From: Bacteroidales bacterium
Lineage (GTDB): Bacteria; Bacteroidota; Bacteroidia; Bacteroidales; UBA4417
Direction of reading: 5' to 3'
Length of the DNA stretch: 64,000 nucleotides
NCBI GenBank assembly: GCA_038249635.1
Contig: JBBSDG010000001.1
Location: 2,037 to 66,036, forward strand
The position numbers and the translations under genes are program-made. The notes under the pieces were generated by a model, which saw nothing but the letters and a program-made list of their open reading frames with translations, did no database searches and was not told where the DNA came from. Positions 10,686 through 21,700 of the stretch are shown here, piece by piece. The first letter of the stretch is position 1, and every line of letters begins with the position of its first letter.

Positions 10686-10961
10686 TTGATCTATTTGTTT
10701 AATTATTAAATGCGTCAGAGGTAAACTTTGAAAGCAAAAGACTGACTATCATATTTTTGGAATTAGGGAGAAGATTAATCATGTTTAGGTTTTATCATTT
10801 GATTGATTAAATTTTAAAACGCTCATAATTGAAAACTAAAAACCCACGAAAGAAGAATCCAATAAATTCAGCCTAAACCAAAATATTCTGCCTCTCCAAT
10901 TCGTGAGTTTTCGCTTTAACCAATTACTATTTCAAATCAAACTAATTTATGCGTTACGGTT

Positions 10962-11990
10962 TTATTTAACCACTGGTTTAAACACTTCCAGACGCACATC
11001 ACGATCACGGATAACCAGCGTATCGGTTGCCTGATGGGTTTCATTGTTTACAGCATCGATCACCTGATAATTGATTACAATGGCATTGCGTTTTTTACCA
11101 CCCCATTCATCACCTTTACTTACAAACTTACCAGTACCTGAAACGGTGTAGGTTGACGTTGCATCTTTGGTGATTACGCAGGCTCCATTATTATCAAAAG
11201 TGAGCAACATGGTAAACGACCCCGGGCTACCTGCTGGTCTTCGTAATGGGCTTTTCAGCATTACAGTGTTTTTGCCCGTTGTTTGAAGGTGCCATATTTC
11301 ATTGTCTTCGATGAATTTGGTGCGGTAAATTTGATCGGTTGAAGATCCATCGGCTTTTTTCAGCACATCTTTACCGCGGTGCAAATACTTTCCATGAAAT
11401 GGGTTAATGTATTTTATGGCAAACAAAGTGTAGTCTTTGGGCAAAACCGACCAATCTGTGGCAATTCTGCTGTCGGCATTCACTTTGCCTGGTTTACCCT
11501 GCAAAAGCGAATCTGTTTCTGTCGAAGTCAGTTTCAGCGGCAGAACATACTGCACTTTGTACGAAAGCGGATCATTCAGAAAAGCATCGGTCAGCTGAAC
11601 ATCTATGTATCCCTGCATTTTACCTTTCGGAACAATGACCGTTCCTTCATTCGAAAGACTATAATAAGCTTTTGGCAAAGCAAGCAATTGAGCTCCCAGA
11701 TCGGTAAACAGATTGTTAGCCAGTGTTTCGTCAACAACGTATGTTACCCTGCGATCCTGAGTATTTTCGTACAAACCACCAATGGCGACACCAACGGAGA
11801 ATTGCAGTTTGTTATCCAGAGAGGTATCGGTAAGTTCATCTTCACCCAAAACGAGTGTGCGAACAGGCGATTGATAAGGAAAATAGGTGGCCGAATAGTT
11901 GTAATCGGGGAAATCCCATTCCTGATTTTTACAGGAACCAATTGCAAGAAGCAATAGCAGGGAGAAAACCGTTAATATTGTGTTTTTCAT
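10962..11990 (-). CDS. PUL-associated lipoprotein, XusE-like / candidate surface glycan-binding protein
   Basis: 342 aa. The lipobox is LLLLAIGSC. The gene sits directly downstream of a SusD homolog and upstream of GH10. No catalytic motif was recognised. Confidence 0.55.
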   Translation of the reverse strand: MKNTILTVFSLLLLLAIGSCKNQEWDFPDYNYSATYFPYQSPVRTLVLGEDELTDTSLDNKLQFSVGVAIGGLYENTQDRRVTYVVDETLANNLFTDLGAQLLALPKAYYSLSNEGTVIVPKGKMQGYIDVQLTDAFLNDPLSYKVQYVLPLKLTSTETDSLLQGKPGKVNADSRIATDWSVLPKDYTLFAIKYINPFHGKYLHRGKDVLKKADGSSTDQIYRTKFIEDNEIWHLQTTGKNTVMLKSPLRRPAGSPGSFTMLLTFDNNGACVITKDATSTYTVSGTGKFVSKGDEWGGKKRNAIVINYQVIDAVNNETHQATDTLVIRDRDVRLEVFKPVVK

Positions 11991-12025
11991 ATTTTAATTT
12001 TTAACTTAAACTTTAAACGTTTACC

Positions 12026-13813
12026 CTACCATCCGGCATTTTGTTCCAAAGCCGAAAATTTCAATACTTCCTGCTCAGGAATAGGACCATAGTTCATGTA
12101 AGGCATAAAAACTCTTGGTTCAACTTCAACCACATTAAAACTTGTTGCAGCTTTGTTGATGTTTACACCCATAGCAGCAGTTGTTAAAGGTAAACCCCAG
12201 CGGCGAATGTCCCAGAAACGGAATCCTTCAAAGCACAATTCCAAACGACGTTCGTTACGGATCAGTTCGCGCATGGCTTCTTTGGTGGCAATGCCATTCA
12301 GGAATGCATCAGGTTGTGTAATACCAGCACGTTTGCGGATTGCAGCAACAACATCTTTTGCTGAAAAAGTGGCAACGGTTCCCATTCCTGCTGGCCCCCA
12401 GGCTTCGTTGGCTGCTTCGGCGTAATTCAGGAACACTTCGGTATAACGCATGTGAACGGCATAATGCTTTTTATTCGTCGTGCTGCCATTGCTTTGGAAA
12501 ATCACATCATCACGAAGTAACTTCTTCAGATAGTATCCCGTACGAGTAGAGGTTAGCAATGAATCTTTTGCATTCACACCACCGCCATAACCGGTTTTAA
12601 TCACTTTCCCCTGATAGGTGGCGCCATTGTAAATAATGTAGGCTGCCAGACGAAGATCTCGCCCTGCATAAGGTAAAGCGGGATTAAATTTACTCAATGG
12701 ATCGCTGATCGGATACCCGTTGGCCATGGGAAAAGCATCGACTAAATTCTGGCTTGGATTAACCAGTCCATTGCCATACAATCCGGGAGGAAGATTGTTT
12801 TTTTCGATAGTGCTAGACAAGGAATTTGAAGGGCCTCTCCACAACATTTCCTTCTGATCTGCTGCAACGGAAGCGGCTTCTACCCTGGCTGACTCATAAA
12901 ACTTATGACCATTCGGATCAAGTCCTGCAATCCCTCCATTACCCACCAAAACATCGGCAGCAGCATTGGCAGCATTCACCCACAAGGTCTGATCGCCTGC
13001 CGAAAAAGCAGGACTGGCAACCAAAAGAGCCAGCCGCGACTTGAATCCCATCACAATGCGTTTGGTAATACGCTGGTTGCTTACATTTCCCATCACTTTA
13101 TTGTAATCGGCAATGTTTACTCCCGTATAAGCCACCGGCAATTGAGTGGCTAAAGTGATATCTTTAAAATCCAAGGGCAGGTATTGCATGGCCAGGTTAA
13201 AGTCGGACTGAATGGCTGCAACCGATTCATCGAATCCGGCACGTGCCACATTAAAATTGGCATCTTCCTTCATGAAGGTATCAGACAACTTAACGCCCAG
13301 CATTTTCCCACTTGCTGATTTACCTGCATGGCTCTGTAAAATGTAATACCTTAACAAACCTCTCAGGGCGTAGGATTCACCTCTCAAACGATCTTTAAAC
13401 ATCCGGTTGAGGTTGGCATTGTTCCACGACCATTTAATGGTATCAATTGTTGGAAGAAACAGATTCACATACAAAATCCCTGAGTTGCAGTTTTCCCAAA
13501 CATTTAAAGGATTAAACTGAGCAGTCCATTGCCCCGTTCCCATGCGTAAAAAGTTATTAAACTTGTCATTGGCAACAGCATTATCAGTTGCCAGCTCATT
13601 CATGATCGAACTTGTTGGGTTAACAAAATTGATGCTCGGAATTTTATTGTATCCATTCATCAGCAATCCTTCATCGAAAGCAGGATCATTGTAAACCCTG
13701 GTAAAGGTGCTGTTATTCTCGTTCTCCGGATCGAGTATGGAAGAACAAGCTCCAAGAACCAGCGATGAAATCATCAATAGCAGCAGATATTTATTTTTCA
13801 GTTTCATAATCAT
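12026..13813 (-). CDS. SusD/RagB family nutrient-binding outer-membrane lipoprotein
   Basis: 595 aa. The lipobox is SLVLGAC. The C-terminal SusD signature is ERRLELCFEGFRFWDIRRWG. It lies immediately downstream of a SusC homolog. Confidence 0.93.
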   Translation of the reverse strand: MIMKLKNKYLLLLMISSLVLGACSSILDPENENNSTFTRVYNDPAFDEGLLMNGYNKIPSINFVNPTSSIMNELATDNAVANDKFNNFLRMGTGQWTAQFNPLNVWENCNSGILYVNLFLPTIDTIKWSWNNANLNRMFKDRLRGESYALRGLLRYYILQSHAGKSASGKMLGVKLSDTFMKEDANFNVARAGFDESVAAIQSDFNLAMQYLPLDFKDITLATQLPVAYTGVNIADYNKVMGNVSNQRITKRIVMGFKSRLALLVASPAFSAGDQTLWVNAANAAADVLVGNGGIAGLDPNGHKFYESARVEAASVAADQKEMLWRGPSNSLSSTIEKNNLPPGLYGNGLVNPSQNLVDAFPMANGYPISDPLSKFNPALPYAGRDLRLAAYIIYNGATYQGKVIKTGYGGGVNAKDSLLTSTRTGYYLKKLLRDDVIFQSNGSTTNKKHYAVHMRYTEVFLNYAEAANEAWGPAGMGTVATFSAKDVVAAIRKRAGITQPDAFLNGIATKEAMRELIRNERRLELCFEGFRFWDIRRWGLPLTTAAMGVNINKAATSFNVVEVEPRVFMPYMNYGPIPEQEVLKFSALEQNAGW

Positions 13814-13824
13814 TTGATTTTTGG

Positions 13825-16800
13825 TTAAAACATGGTTCTTACACCCAATGTGAAATAGCGGTATTGCGGTTCACCACCAACTGACAGGTTCCGGATATCA
13901 TTTTGTTTCGAAATCGTGGCCAAACCTGATCCGCTCAGATAAATACTCAGCTTTTTCATGGCTATTTTACCACATAAATTCTCCGGCATCTCGTAGGTCA
14001 ACTGCAAACGATTCAGGGAAAAATAGTTGTTTTTGTACGACCAGAAAGACGACTGCCTAAAGTTATTCGAACTTGTTTTGGTGCTCAGACGTGGATAAGT
14101 GGCGGTCGCTTTGGTAGCTTCTGTCCAACGATTTAGAACCTGATCAGAGTATTTTTCGTCGCCATCAACCCAGTAATAATTGCCGTTCAGGTTGCTGTTG
14201 CTACCATTGCCGCCAACGCCAAGTGCAAACAAACTTAAGCTTTTGTAACTCAGTTTAAGTGTTAGTCCATAGGAGAACGGAGAGGTTCCACGACCAATCT
14301 GTACCTGATCGTTGTTATCGACAAGGCCATCTTTATTCTGGTCAATGTATTTGATATCTCCAGGTTTTACCTCACCAAAAGTTTGAAAAGCACTGCTTTT
14401 TATATCGGCCGCATCCTGAAAGAATCCATCTGATTCAAGACCGAACTGTGCATCAACCGGACGACCCTTGCGGTACAAATAATCGTCGGAATACAGTTCA
14501 TCCCGTTCGATAACTTTCGAGTCCCAATACATAGCGGTTAACCCCAGATCGTAACTGAAGTCGCCCGCTTTTTTCGAATAGGTCAAAGCCAGTTCGGCTC
14601 CCCGATAGGCATCGATACCAAAATTGGTATAGGGCACAAAGTTGATGTATTCGGAAGGATACGAATTGGTACGGCGGGTAAACTGATCGGTGATCCGATA
14701 ATTGAAGATATTGGCCTCGACCCCTAGTGCATGTTGAAAGAAATATCCTTCAACTCCGAAATTGATCTCCCGACGTTTCTCAAACGACAAATTCGGATTG
14801 GCGCCCTGAAGTGCAGTGGTGGCGGTATTCCCCCAGGCACCATCGGCCCAGGTATAGTTTCCTGCTCCATAATTCGTACTTCCATTGTACGAATAGACAT
14901 TGTCATACAGGAAGAAACTACCCAGGTTCATATCCGTATTTATAATACCTGCAGAAGCCTTCAGCTTCAGGTAATCAACAATTTTGCTCTTGCTTAAAAA
15001 ATGCTCGTTCGAGATGACCCATGCCAGCCCTAGTGTTGGGGCCAGACCGGCTCTGTTACCCGGTGCAAGCTGGGTTGAATTGACATAAGCGCCTGAGAAA
15101 TCAATATAATAGGTGGATTTGTAGTCATAGGCCGTCCGAAGGCCCAGGTGGGCATTTTTATCGGGCTGAAGTGTACCATTCAATTTTACGGTGTTGGCAA
15201 ATCCAAGCAATGTTGCAGAAACATGATGCGCCCCGGCAAAGGTTCGGTCGTAATCGAGTTGTGTAAATATACCCGTACGGCGAAGGAAATCAGGTGAATT
15301 TACATTCTGTGTTCCCGGCCGCGAATCGGTGCCATACTGTTTTAAACCTGTAATGGAATCGGAAGTAGCCGACCAGATAGGTTCATAGACCGAATAGCTG
15401 TTTGAAATGGTTTGATTATAGTTGTTGTAAAAGTCGAAACTGATATTGTTTTTCAGCGAAAGACCTTTGGTAATTCTGCTTAAATCAACATCAATTCCAT
15501 TGTTAAACTGCATGGTACGTTTAACTGGCTGATTGTAACCACCTACATAAACATCACCAAATGCGTTGGTCATCTTTTGAGCATTTCCCCCGAGCAGATA
15601 CATACCTTCCACATCATTTTTCCGGGAATCAACAAGGGTATTCAACGCTGTGTTATTACGTTCGAAAAGATCAAAAGGCAACAGCGGTGTAAACATGTAC
15701 GGACGCTGACTGGAGGCTTCGCTGAAAAAGTCTCCCCTTGGTCCTTTGTTGAATTCGAAAATACCGGCCACATCCACATTACTTTTGATAAAATCATTGA
15801 TTTTCACATCCACATTGGCGCGGGCATTGAAACGTTGGCTGCTCGAATTCAGTCCTTCACCAAAATTCAGCAAGCCTCCGTCACTACCCCATCCGAGGTT
15901 CGAATAAAAGGTGGTGTTTTCATTTCCTCCTGAAAATTCGGCCATTACTTTTGAATAGCTCTTGAACGATTTCAAATAGTCGGATGAATAATAATCCACA
16001 TTCGGATAACGGTACGGATTACCAGTTCTGTAATTTTCGATGGTTGCTGCATCGAATTTTGCAGGCAATCCGTCATTCAAACTGGCTTCATTGTATAGCT
16101 CCATGTATTCGGGTGAACCCAGGAAGCTGGGAAGCATCTTTGGCTTTGCAATGCCGTAATAGGCCGAAATGTTAATGTCGCGTTTGTGTGCTTTTCCACG
16201 TTTGGTGGTAATCACAATAACACCGTTTCGGGCCTGGGAGCCATAGAGTGCGACCGCATTGATATCTTTCAGAACCGTGATCTGATCGATCTCTTCCATG
16301 TTCAGGTTGATGTCCGTAATCTTCGAATAGCGGGGAATGCCATCAAGCACCACCATCGCGTTACCGAGTCCGCGAATGTTGTTACTTCCAAACATACCGG
16401 CCACACGACCCGTTAGCGCATCGGGCACATATTGGGTATTGTCGTAAGCCGAAATATCGTCGGGTTCGACCACCGATACAAAACCCAGCTCTCTGCGTTT
16501 GGCTGTAGCGAAGGCAACATATACCTGGTCTTTTTCGCCCAGCAGGTAAGGTGTCGATTTCATCGAAATAGCGGAACCGGCTTCCCTAAGACTGATCACC
16601 TGGGATTCAAAACCTTCAGATTCGATCAAAAGGTTGGTACCTGCCGGAACTGAAATCTTAAAATGACCTGTAGCATCCGTTTTTACGATGACAGCTCCTT
16701 CTTTTCCAAAGATCCTGGCGCCTGAAACAGGGGTCCCCTGTTCATCATTTACAATTGATTCGATGGTTACATTTTGCTGTTTGACTTTAGGCTGAGCCTG

Positions 16801-16857
16801 CACCATGCCAAGGGTCAATACAAAAAGAACCAGATAGATTTGAATTATTTTTTTCAT
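13825..16857 (-). CDS. SusC/RagA family TonB-dependent outer-membrane transporter
   Basis: The ORF track gives 13825..16896. The internal start MKKIIQIYLVLFVLTLGMVQAQ at 16857 has a clean signal peptide and avoids overlap with the upstream SusD stop at 16890. The protein has a carboxypeptidase-regulatory-like N-domain, a plug (ITVLKDINAVALYGSQARNGVIVITTKRG) and a beta-barrel ending in ...LGVRTMF. Confidence 0.93.
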   Translation of the reverse strand: MKKIIQIYLVLFVLTLGMVQAQPKVKQQNVTIESIVNDEQGTPVSGARIFGKEGAVIVKTDATGHFKISVPAGTNLLIESEGFESQVISLREAGSAISMKSTPYLLGEKDQVYVAFATAKRRELGFVSVVEPDDISAYDNTQYVPDALTGRVAGMFGSNNIRGLGNAMVVLDGIPRYSKITDINLNMEEIDQITVLKDINAVALYGSQARNGVIVITTKRGKAHKRDINISAYYGIAKPKMLPSFLGSPEYMELYNEASLNDGLPAKFDAATIENYRTGNPYRYPNVDYYSSDYLKSFKSYSKVMAEFSGGNENTTFYSNLGWGSDGGLLNFGEGLNSSSQRFNARANVDVKINDFIKSNVDVAGIFEFNKGPRGDFFSEASSQRPYMFTPLLPFDLFERNNTALNTLVDSRKNDVEGMYLLGGNAQKMTNAFGDVYVGGYNQPVKRTMQFNNGIDVDLSRITKGLSLKNNISFDFYNNYNQTISNSYSVYEPIWSATSDSITGLKQYGTDSRPGTQNVNSPDFLRRTGIFTQLDYDRTFAGAHHVSATLLGFANTVKLNGTLQPDKNAHLGLRTAYDYKSTYYIDFSGAYVNSTQLAPGNRAGLAPTLGLAWVISNEHFLSKSKIVDYLKLKASAGIINTDMNLGSFFLYDNVYSYNGSTNYGAGNYTWADGAWGNTATTALQGANPNLSFEKRREINFGVEGYFFQHALGVEANIFNYRITDQFTRRTNSYPSEYINFVPYTNFGIDAYRGAELALTYSKKAGDFSYDLGLTAMYWDSKVIERDELYSDDYLYRKGRPVDAQFGLESDGFFQDAADIKSSAFQTFGEVKPGDIKYIDQNKDGLVDNNDQVQIGRGTSPFSYGLTLKLSYKSLSLFALGVGGNGSNSNLNGNYYWVDGDEKYSDQVLNRWTEATKATATYPRLSTKTSSNNFRQSSFWSYKNNYFSLNRLQLTYEMPENLCGKIAMKKLSIYLSGSGLATISKQNDIRNLSVGGEPQYRYFTLGVRTMF

Positions 16858-16889
16858 ATACTTTCTGTAGTTATAAATTAAACCGTGTA

Positions 16890-18707
16890 TTACCATCCCG
16901 GATTTTGTTTAAACTCCGGATAAAGGGTCACCTGATCTAAAGGCAAAGGCAACCAATAATGTTTTTCTTCAAAAACACGCATAACGATCACCTTTTCAAC
17001 CATATTGATTGGTTTTCCTTTGGCATCACGGGTAAAATCGAGTGCAGTTTTCTCTTTGTATTTGGTTTGTCCTGAAATCATCCAACGTCTCAAATCGTAC
17101 CATCTCTGGCGTTCGAACGATAATTCTACTGCACGTTCACGTATAATCTCTTCCATAAACAAATCTTTGCTTGCTGTAAATTTGGCATCGATGTTCGGCA
17201 CGGTTGCTCGGTTTCGCACTTTGTTAATTGCTGCTTCAGCAGTAATGCTTCCTGAAACGCTGCTTTGAGCCGTACCGTATCCCTGCAAAACTGACTCAGC
17301 ATACATTAAGTAAACATCAGACAATCTCATAGATGGCACCAAAAACTGATATTTACCACCCGGATTATCGAAATTGTTAACGGTTAGATCCCAGTATTTT
17401 TTGGCACAAAAACCGGTAACATTGACATTACTGTTTGCCGTGTTACGATGATATGCACCTGTATACAACTGAGCAAAACGATCTGATCCGGCAGCTGTAC
17501 TTTGACATAACTGATCGCCATCGACAATGACCGTTTTATAGAAACGAGGGTCGCGATTAACCCACGGGTCTGATTCCTTATATCCTGAAGCCGGGTCAGT
17601 AATGGGTAACCCATTGGCCATCCCCCAGTTTTTCACATAATTGTTCGTCAAACTGAGCTGCATACCATTTTTTCCCACTTTCCCCGGTTGGTAGATATTC
17701 GCGAATGCCATATTAAATACATTCATCACCAATGGATTCATCATCACTTCAGTTCCACCAGGTATGATTTTGCCGGGAGTTACCTTAAAAAATATATCAG
17801 TATAGCTACTCCAGGGCTGAAGGGAGTAAGGAGGATTTGGTCCTTCGCATAATCCTATTACTTTCGATAAGGCTTCGGCAGCTTTTTTAGCCAATTCGGC
17901 ACTAAACTCAGCTTTACCAGTCGATTCTCGGTTCATTAACGGACTTGCCGCATACAACAGGTTCTTTCCCTGGTAAGCCAGGGCTGTAGCTTTGCTGATC
18001 CGCAGACGATTGGCGCCGATGGTGCGTTTCCCTGGTTCGGTTTCGTCCCATTTCAAAGGCAATAATTCAGCTGCAGCCGCAAAATCGGCATCAGCCTTTA
18101 AGGCCGTTTCGCGGTAGTTCAATCGTGGAAGTTTCATTTCATCAGTAGGTTGCAGAACTTTGTCGATGTATGGCATTCCACCCCAGGCAATCATTAGTTC
18201 ATGGTAAAAATAAGCCCGGAAAAACAGCAACTGTCCTTTAATGATATCTCTTTCTTCCTGAGTCGCATTGATCATCAAATCCACATTGGCCAGACCCAGA
18301 TTACATTTCCGGATTCCAAACCACGACAATGGCCATATACCTTTTGACTGAGGATTTGTTGGATCGGTATTAATTGGGGTGGCTGTTTTAAAATAGGAAT
18401 AAGCACCCTGCCAGGCCCAATAATCACCATTGTCGAAGTTGGTTCCAGGCATCCAGGTGATGTTCATCAAAAATTCATCCGCAAAATGGAAGTCATCCTG
18501 CGTTCTCACCATGGCCGGATTGACAATGCAGGCATAAAGTTCTTCAACAAAACCCTGTGCACTTACAAAAGTATTAAAGGCATCAGCAACTGAGATGGAA
18601 GCTTCAGGTGCCTTGTCGAGGTATTCTTCGCAACTCTCCAGGGTAAGTCCCATGATAAAAACAAGGACAATCAATCCTGTTTTTAATGTATTCAGTATAT
18701 TTCTCAT
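16890..18707 (-). CDS. SusD/RagB family nutrient-binding outer-membrane lipoprotein
   Basis: 605 aa. The lipobox-like sequence is GLTLESC. The SusD C-terminal signature is ERAVELSFERQRWYDLRRW. It lies directly downstream of the SusC homolog 18720..21968. Confidence 0.93.
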   Translation of the reverse strand: MRNILNTLKTGLIVLVFIMGLTLESCEEYLDKAPEASISVADAFNTFVSAQGFVEELYACIVNPAMVRTQDDFHFADEFLMNITWMPGTNFDNGDYWAWQGAYSYFKTATPINTDPTNPQSKGIWPLSWFGIRKCNLGLANVDLMINATQEERDIIKGQLLFFRAYFYHELMIAWGGMPYIDKVLQPTDEMKLPRLNYRETALKADADFAAAAELLPLKWDETEPGKRTIGANRLRISKATALAYQGKNLLYAASPLMNRESTGKAEFSAELAKKAAEALSKVIGLCEGPNPPYSLQPWSSYTDIFFKVTPGKIIPGGTEVMMNPLVMNVFNMAFANIYQPGKVGKNGMQLSLTNNYVKNWGMANGLPITDPASGYKESDPWVNRDPRFYKTVIVDGDQLCQSTAAGSDRFAQLYTGAYHRNTANSNVNVTGFCAKKYWDLTVNNFDNPGGKYQFLVPSMRLSDVYLMYAESVLQGYGTAQSSVSGSITAEAAINKVRNRATVPNIDAKFTASKDLFMEEIIRERAVELSFERQRWYDLRRWMISGQTKYKEKTALDFTRDAKGKPINMVEKVIVMRVFEEKHYWLPLPLDQVTLYPEFKQNPGW

Positions 18708-18719
18708 CTTTTTCTGCTA

Positions 18720-21700
18720 TTAAAATTTAAGATCAAGACCCAGGTTTATCCTGCTCGGAGATGGGTAGGAACCAGTCTGTTCAAATCCCTGTTCCCGGTC
18801 GTCCGGTAAATCAGACCAGAAGAATAAATTATTCCCGCTTATATACAGTTTTAGTGAAGAAAGGCCAGTCCGTTTCAGGGGCGCACCCTCGAAGGTATAG
18901 GCTACCTCAGCTGTTTTTAAACGGACATACGAACCATCATATTGAAAATAATCGCCTTTGATAAATCCTGCCTGTTGACGGAATCGTGGAAGAAATGAAC
19001 TTGCATCCAGGTTGTCTTTCGACCAGAAATCAAGCGAATGGGTATAGGCAATGTTTAAATTGTCACTAAAATCACTCAAACCTACGTAGCGGTTCACATT
19101 GTTCACACCATAAAACTGAAGCATAAAACTGAAGCCTTTGTAATCGGCCCCAAATGATAGGTTATACGTGTTTTGCGGACGATTCGAAAAACCATACGGG
19201 GCAGTATCGGTATTTCCGTCAATAACTCCATCACCGTTAAAGTCAATGATGTTGAAGTTACCCGGAAGCTTAAACTGATCATTGGCCAAATAAGGAGTAC
19301 TGGCATAAATCTCGTTCCAGTTGGTGATGTAACCATCGGTAATCTGGGTTCTGGTTTGTCCTATCTGAAAGCCTTGATCTTTTAAGTAAGAATCTTTTAA
19401 TTCTGGTTCTTCCTTGTACAGGATCTTGTCCACTGCATTGGTTAAACTTGTCGTTCCCCAAAGGTGCAATCCTTTACTCCAGCGTTTGTCGAACCTGAGT
19501 TCAATTTCATATCCTTTTTTCGAAATATGTCCAACATTGGCTGTTGGAGGTGTACCTCCGAAATAGACAGGAAGTACTCGATTATTTCCACCCAGTAGAA
19601 TATCGGTACGGTCCTCAGTAAAATATTCCAGATTGGCAGAAAACAGATTATCAAAAACAGCCAGCTCCAATCCAAGATTCGATTTTGAAGCCTTTTCCCA
19701 ATGGATATCCGGGTTTCCAATGACCGATTCCTTGTACCAGACGTATGGGCTGTTTACACCGGCGTTTTCATTAATGTATGCAGTTGTTCCGTAACTCCAT
19801 TGCGTATCGTACAACCAGCGTTGGCTGATGTTGTCATCACCAATTAAACCATACGAATACCTTACTTTCAGTTTATCGAGCCAGGTGATTTTTTTCATAA
19901 AGTTTTCGTTCGAAATGGTCCATCCTGCAGCTGCTGATGGAAAAAAATCGAAACGGTAGGCCGATGAAAATTTTTCGGATCCGTTGTAGGCGCCGTTAAA
20001 TTCGAAGAAATACCGGTTGTCAAAGTTATAGGTGGTACGAAATACCCAGTCTTCGCGATACCGCTGAAACTCACTTCCTGTAGCAAGCTGTTCACGGTTG
20101 AATACTCCGGTAGCAGAAACATCGTGCAGACCAAATGTCCGGCCATAATTAAACTGTGCCTGATAGAACAAACGACGTCTAAGCCGGCTTAAATAACTAT
20201 TGGCATCTTCATCCCTGAGAGTCCAGGGTTGAACCACAAAATCAAACTGATTCAGTCCAACGATCGGATCAATGATGATGTAATCATTCGGATTACCACC
20301 TTCAGGCATATCTTCAATATCGGGACTGATGTATTTGGTTTCGGAATTACTGTCTTGGTTGTAGATCCCGCCAACCGAGGTGAAATTGTTGTCAAATGAT
20401 AGGTTGGCCGTAGCGCTCAATCCTTTGGTGATGAAATCCAACTTCTGGGTCAGTGAGAAATCCGATGTCAGGTTGGTGGTCATGGTTCGGCGAACGCCTG
20501 AATTGGCCAGAATCTGAGCCGAGTTCATTAAACTTTGCTTGTTCAGTGGACTCTTACCCCATCGTCCGTCGCTGTAGCGGGGAAGATACGAATCGGGAGG
20601 GGTCGCGTAGGCTGAAATCAAAATCCGCAGTTCATCATCAAATTCATTCGACTTAAAACTATATGTATCTTTTGCAACACTGTAAACTCCGGCCAGATTA
20701 ATTTTCAGGCTTGTTGTTTTGGTAAGATTTAAATCCAGATTACTTCTGAAATTAAAACGATCGTAACCAAGACCCGGCTTGTAACCCAATTCATCGCTGA
20801 TGGGTTTCAGCAAATCGCCTTCATTTAAATACGATAAGGAACTAAAATATTTGGCAAAATCGGTTCCCCCGCTCACGCTAAGGTTGACATGTTTATCAGC
20901 GGCAACACGTTTCACCATCACATCCTGCCAGTCAACATTTGGATAGGCTTCCGGATATTTGAGATTGGCCTGATTGCGATAACGTTCAACAATCGTCCGT
21001 GGCGTATAATCGGCCCATGAACTTTCACTGATCGAAACTTCGCGTTCGACAGCCTCGTTCCTAAGCATTAGAGCATCGTACGCATCGAGCTTATCCACCA
21101 TCCGTGAAGGAATCTTCAGAGTCGAGTTCGCTGAAACACTTAAGACCGGTCTTCCTTTAACACCTCGTTTGGTCGTGATCAGGATAACTCCATTGGCTCC
21201 TTTCACACCGTAAACTGCCGTTGCGGAAGCATCTTTAAGTACTGAAACATTGTCCACCTCACTCATGTCGAGGTCATTCATTTTGCGTTCGACACCATCC
21301 ACCAGTATATAAGGTTCTCCACCGTTCCAGGTCGATTGTCCGCGAATGTAAATTTTAGGATCGGTTCGTCCGGGTTGTCCTGAAACCTGAATGGTAGTTA
21401 CACCGGGCAAATTACCCGTAAGTGCCATCCCAAGGTTAGAAACTCCTCCGGTACGCGATAATTCCTTGCTTGTTGTATTGGTAATAGCACCAACAATGCT
21501 TGCTTTTTTCTGAACCCCATAACCAACAGCAACCACTTCTTCAAGGCCGATGGTTTCTTCATTCATTACAATATTGAAAGAAGTTTTTCCAAAAATTGAA
21601 ATTTGCTGCGTTTTCATGCCGATAAATGAAAAAACCAGAGTCATGGCATCAGCAGGTACAGCTAAACTGAAATTACCGGAGTTATTTGTATTTGTGCCGA

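Noticed and set aside
10801-10845. Possible fourth copy of the conserved motif upstream of GH10 (TTGATTAAATTTTAAAACGCTCATAATTGAAAACTAAAAACC)
   Set aside because: Only short pieces (TTGAAAA, CTAAAA) match, the spacing is collapsed, and the region is generally AT-rich. A similar partial match inside the SusD coding sequence (13158..13180, GATATCTTTAAAATCCAAG) shows that such fragments arise by chance.
11379-11957. 192-aa plus-strand ORF, and similar long antisense ORFs at 34008..34655, 24538..25086, 35388..35756 and 38002..38376
   Set aside because: Each lies entirely inside a well-supported minus-strand gene (lipoprotein, GH43, hydrolase-like protein, FucI-like isomerase). They have no recognisable motifs and their composition is typical of shadow frames.
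16858-16896. Longer SusC start (ORF track 13825..16896) overlapping the upstream SusD stop
   Set aside because: The extension MVIHGLIYNYRKY has no signal-peptide character. The internal MKKIIQIYLVLFVLTLGMVQAQ at 16857 does. I therefore annotated the shorter form.
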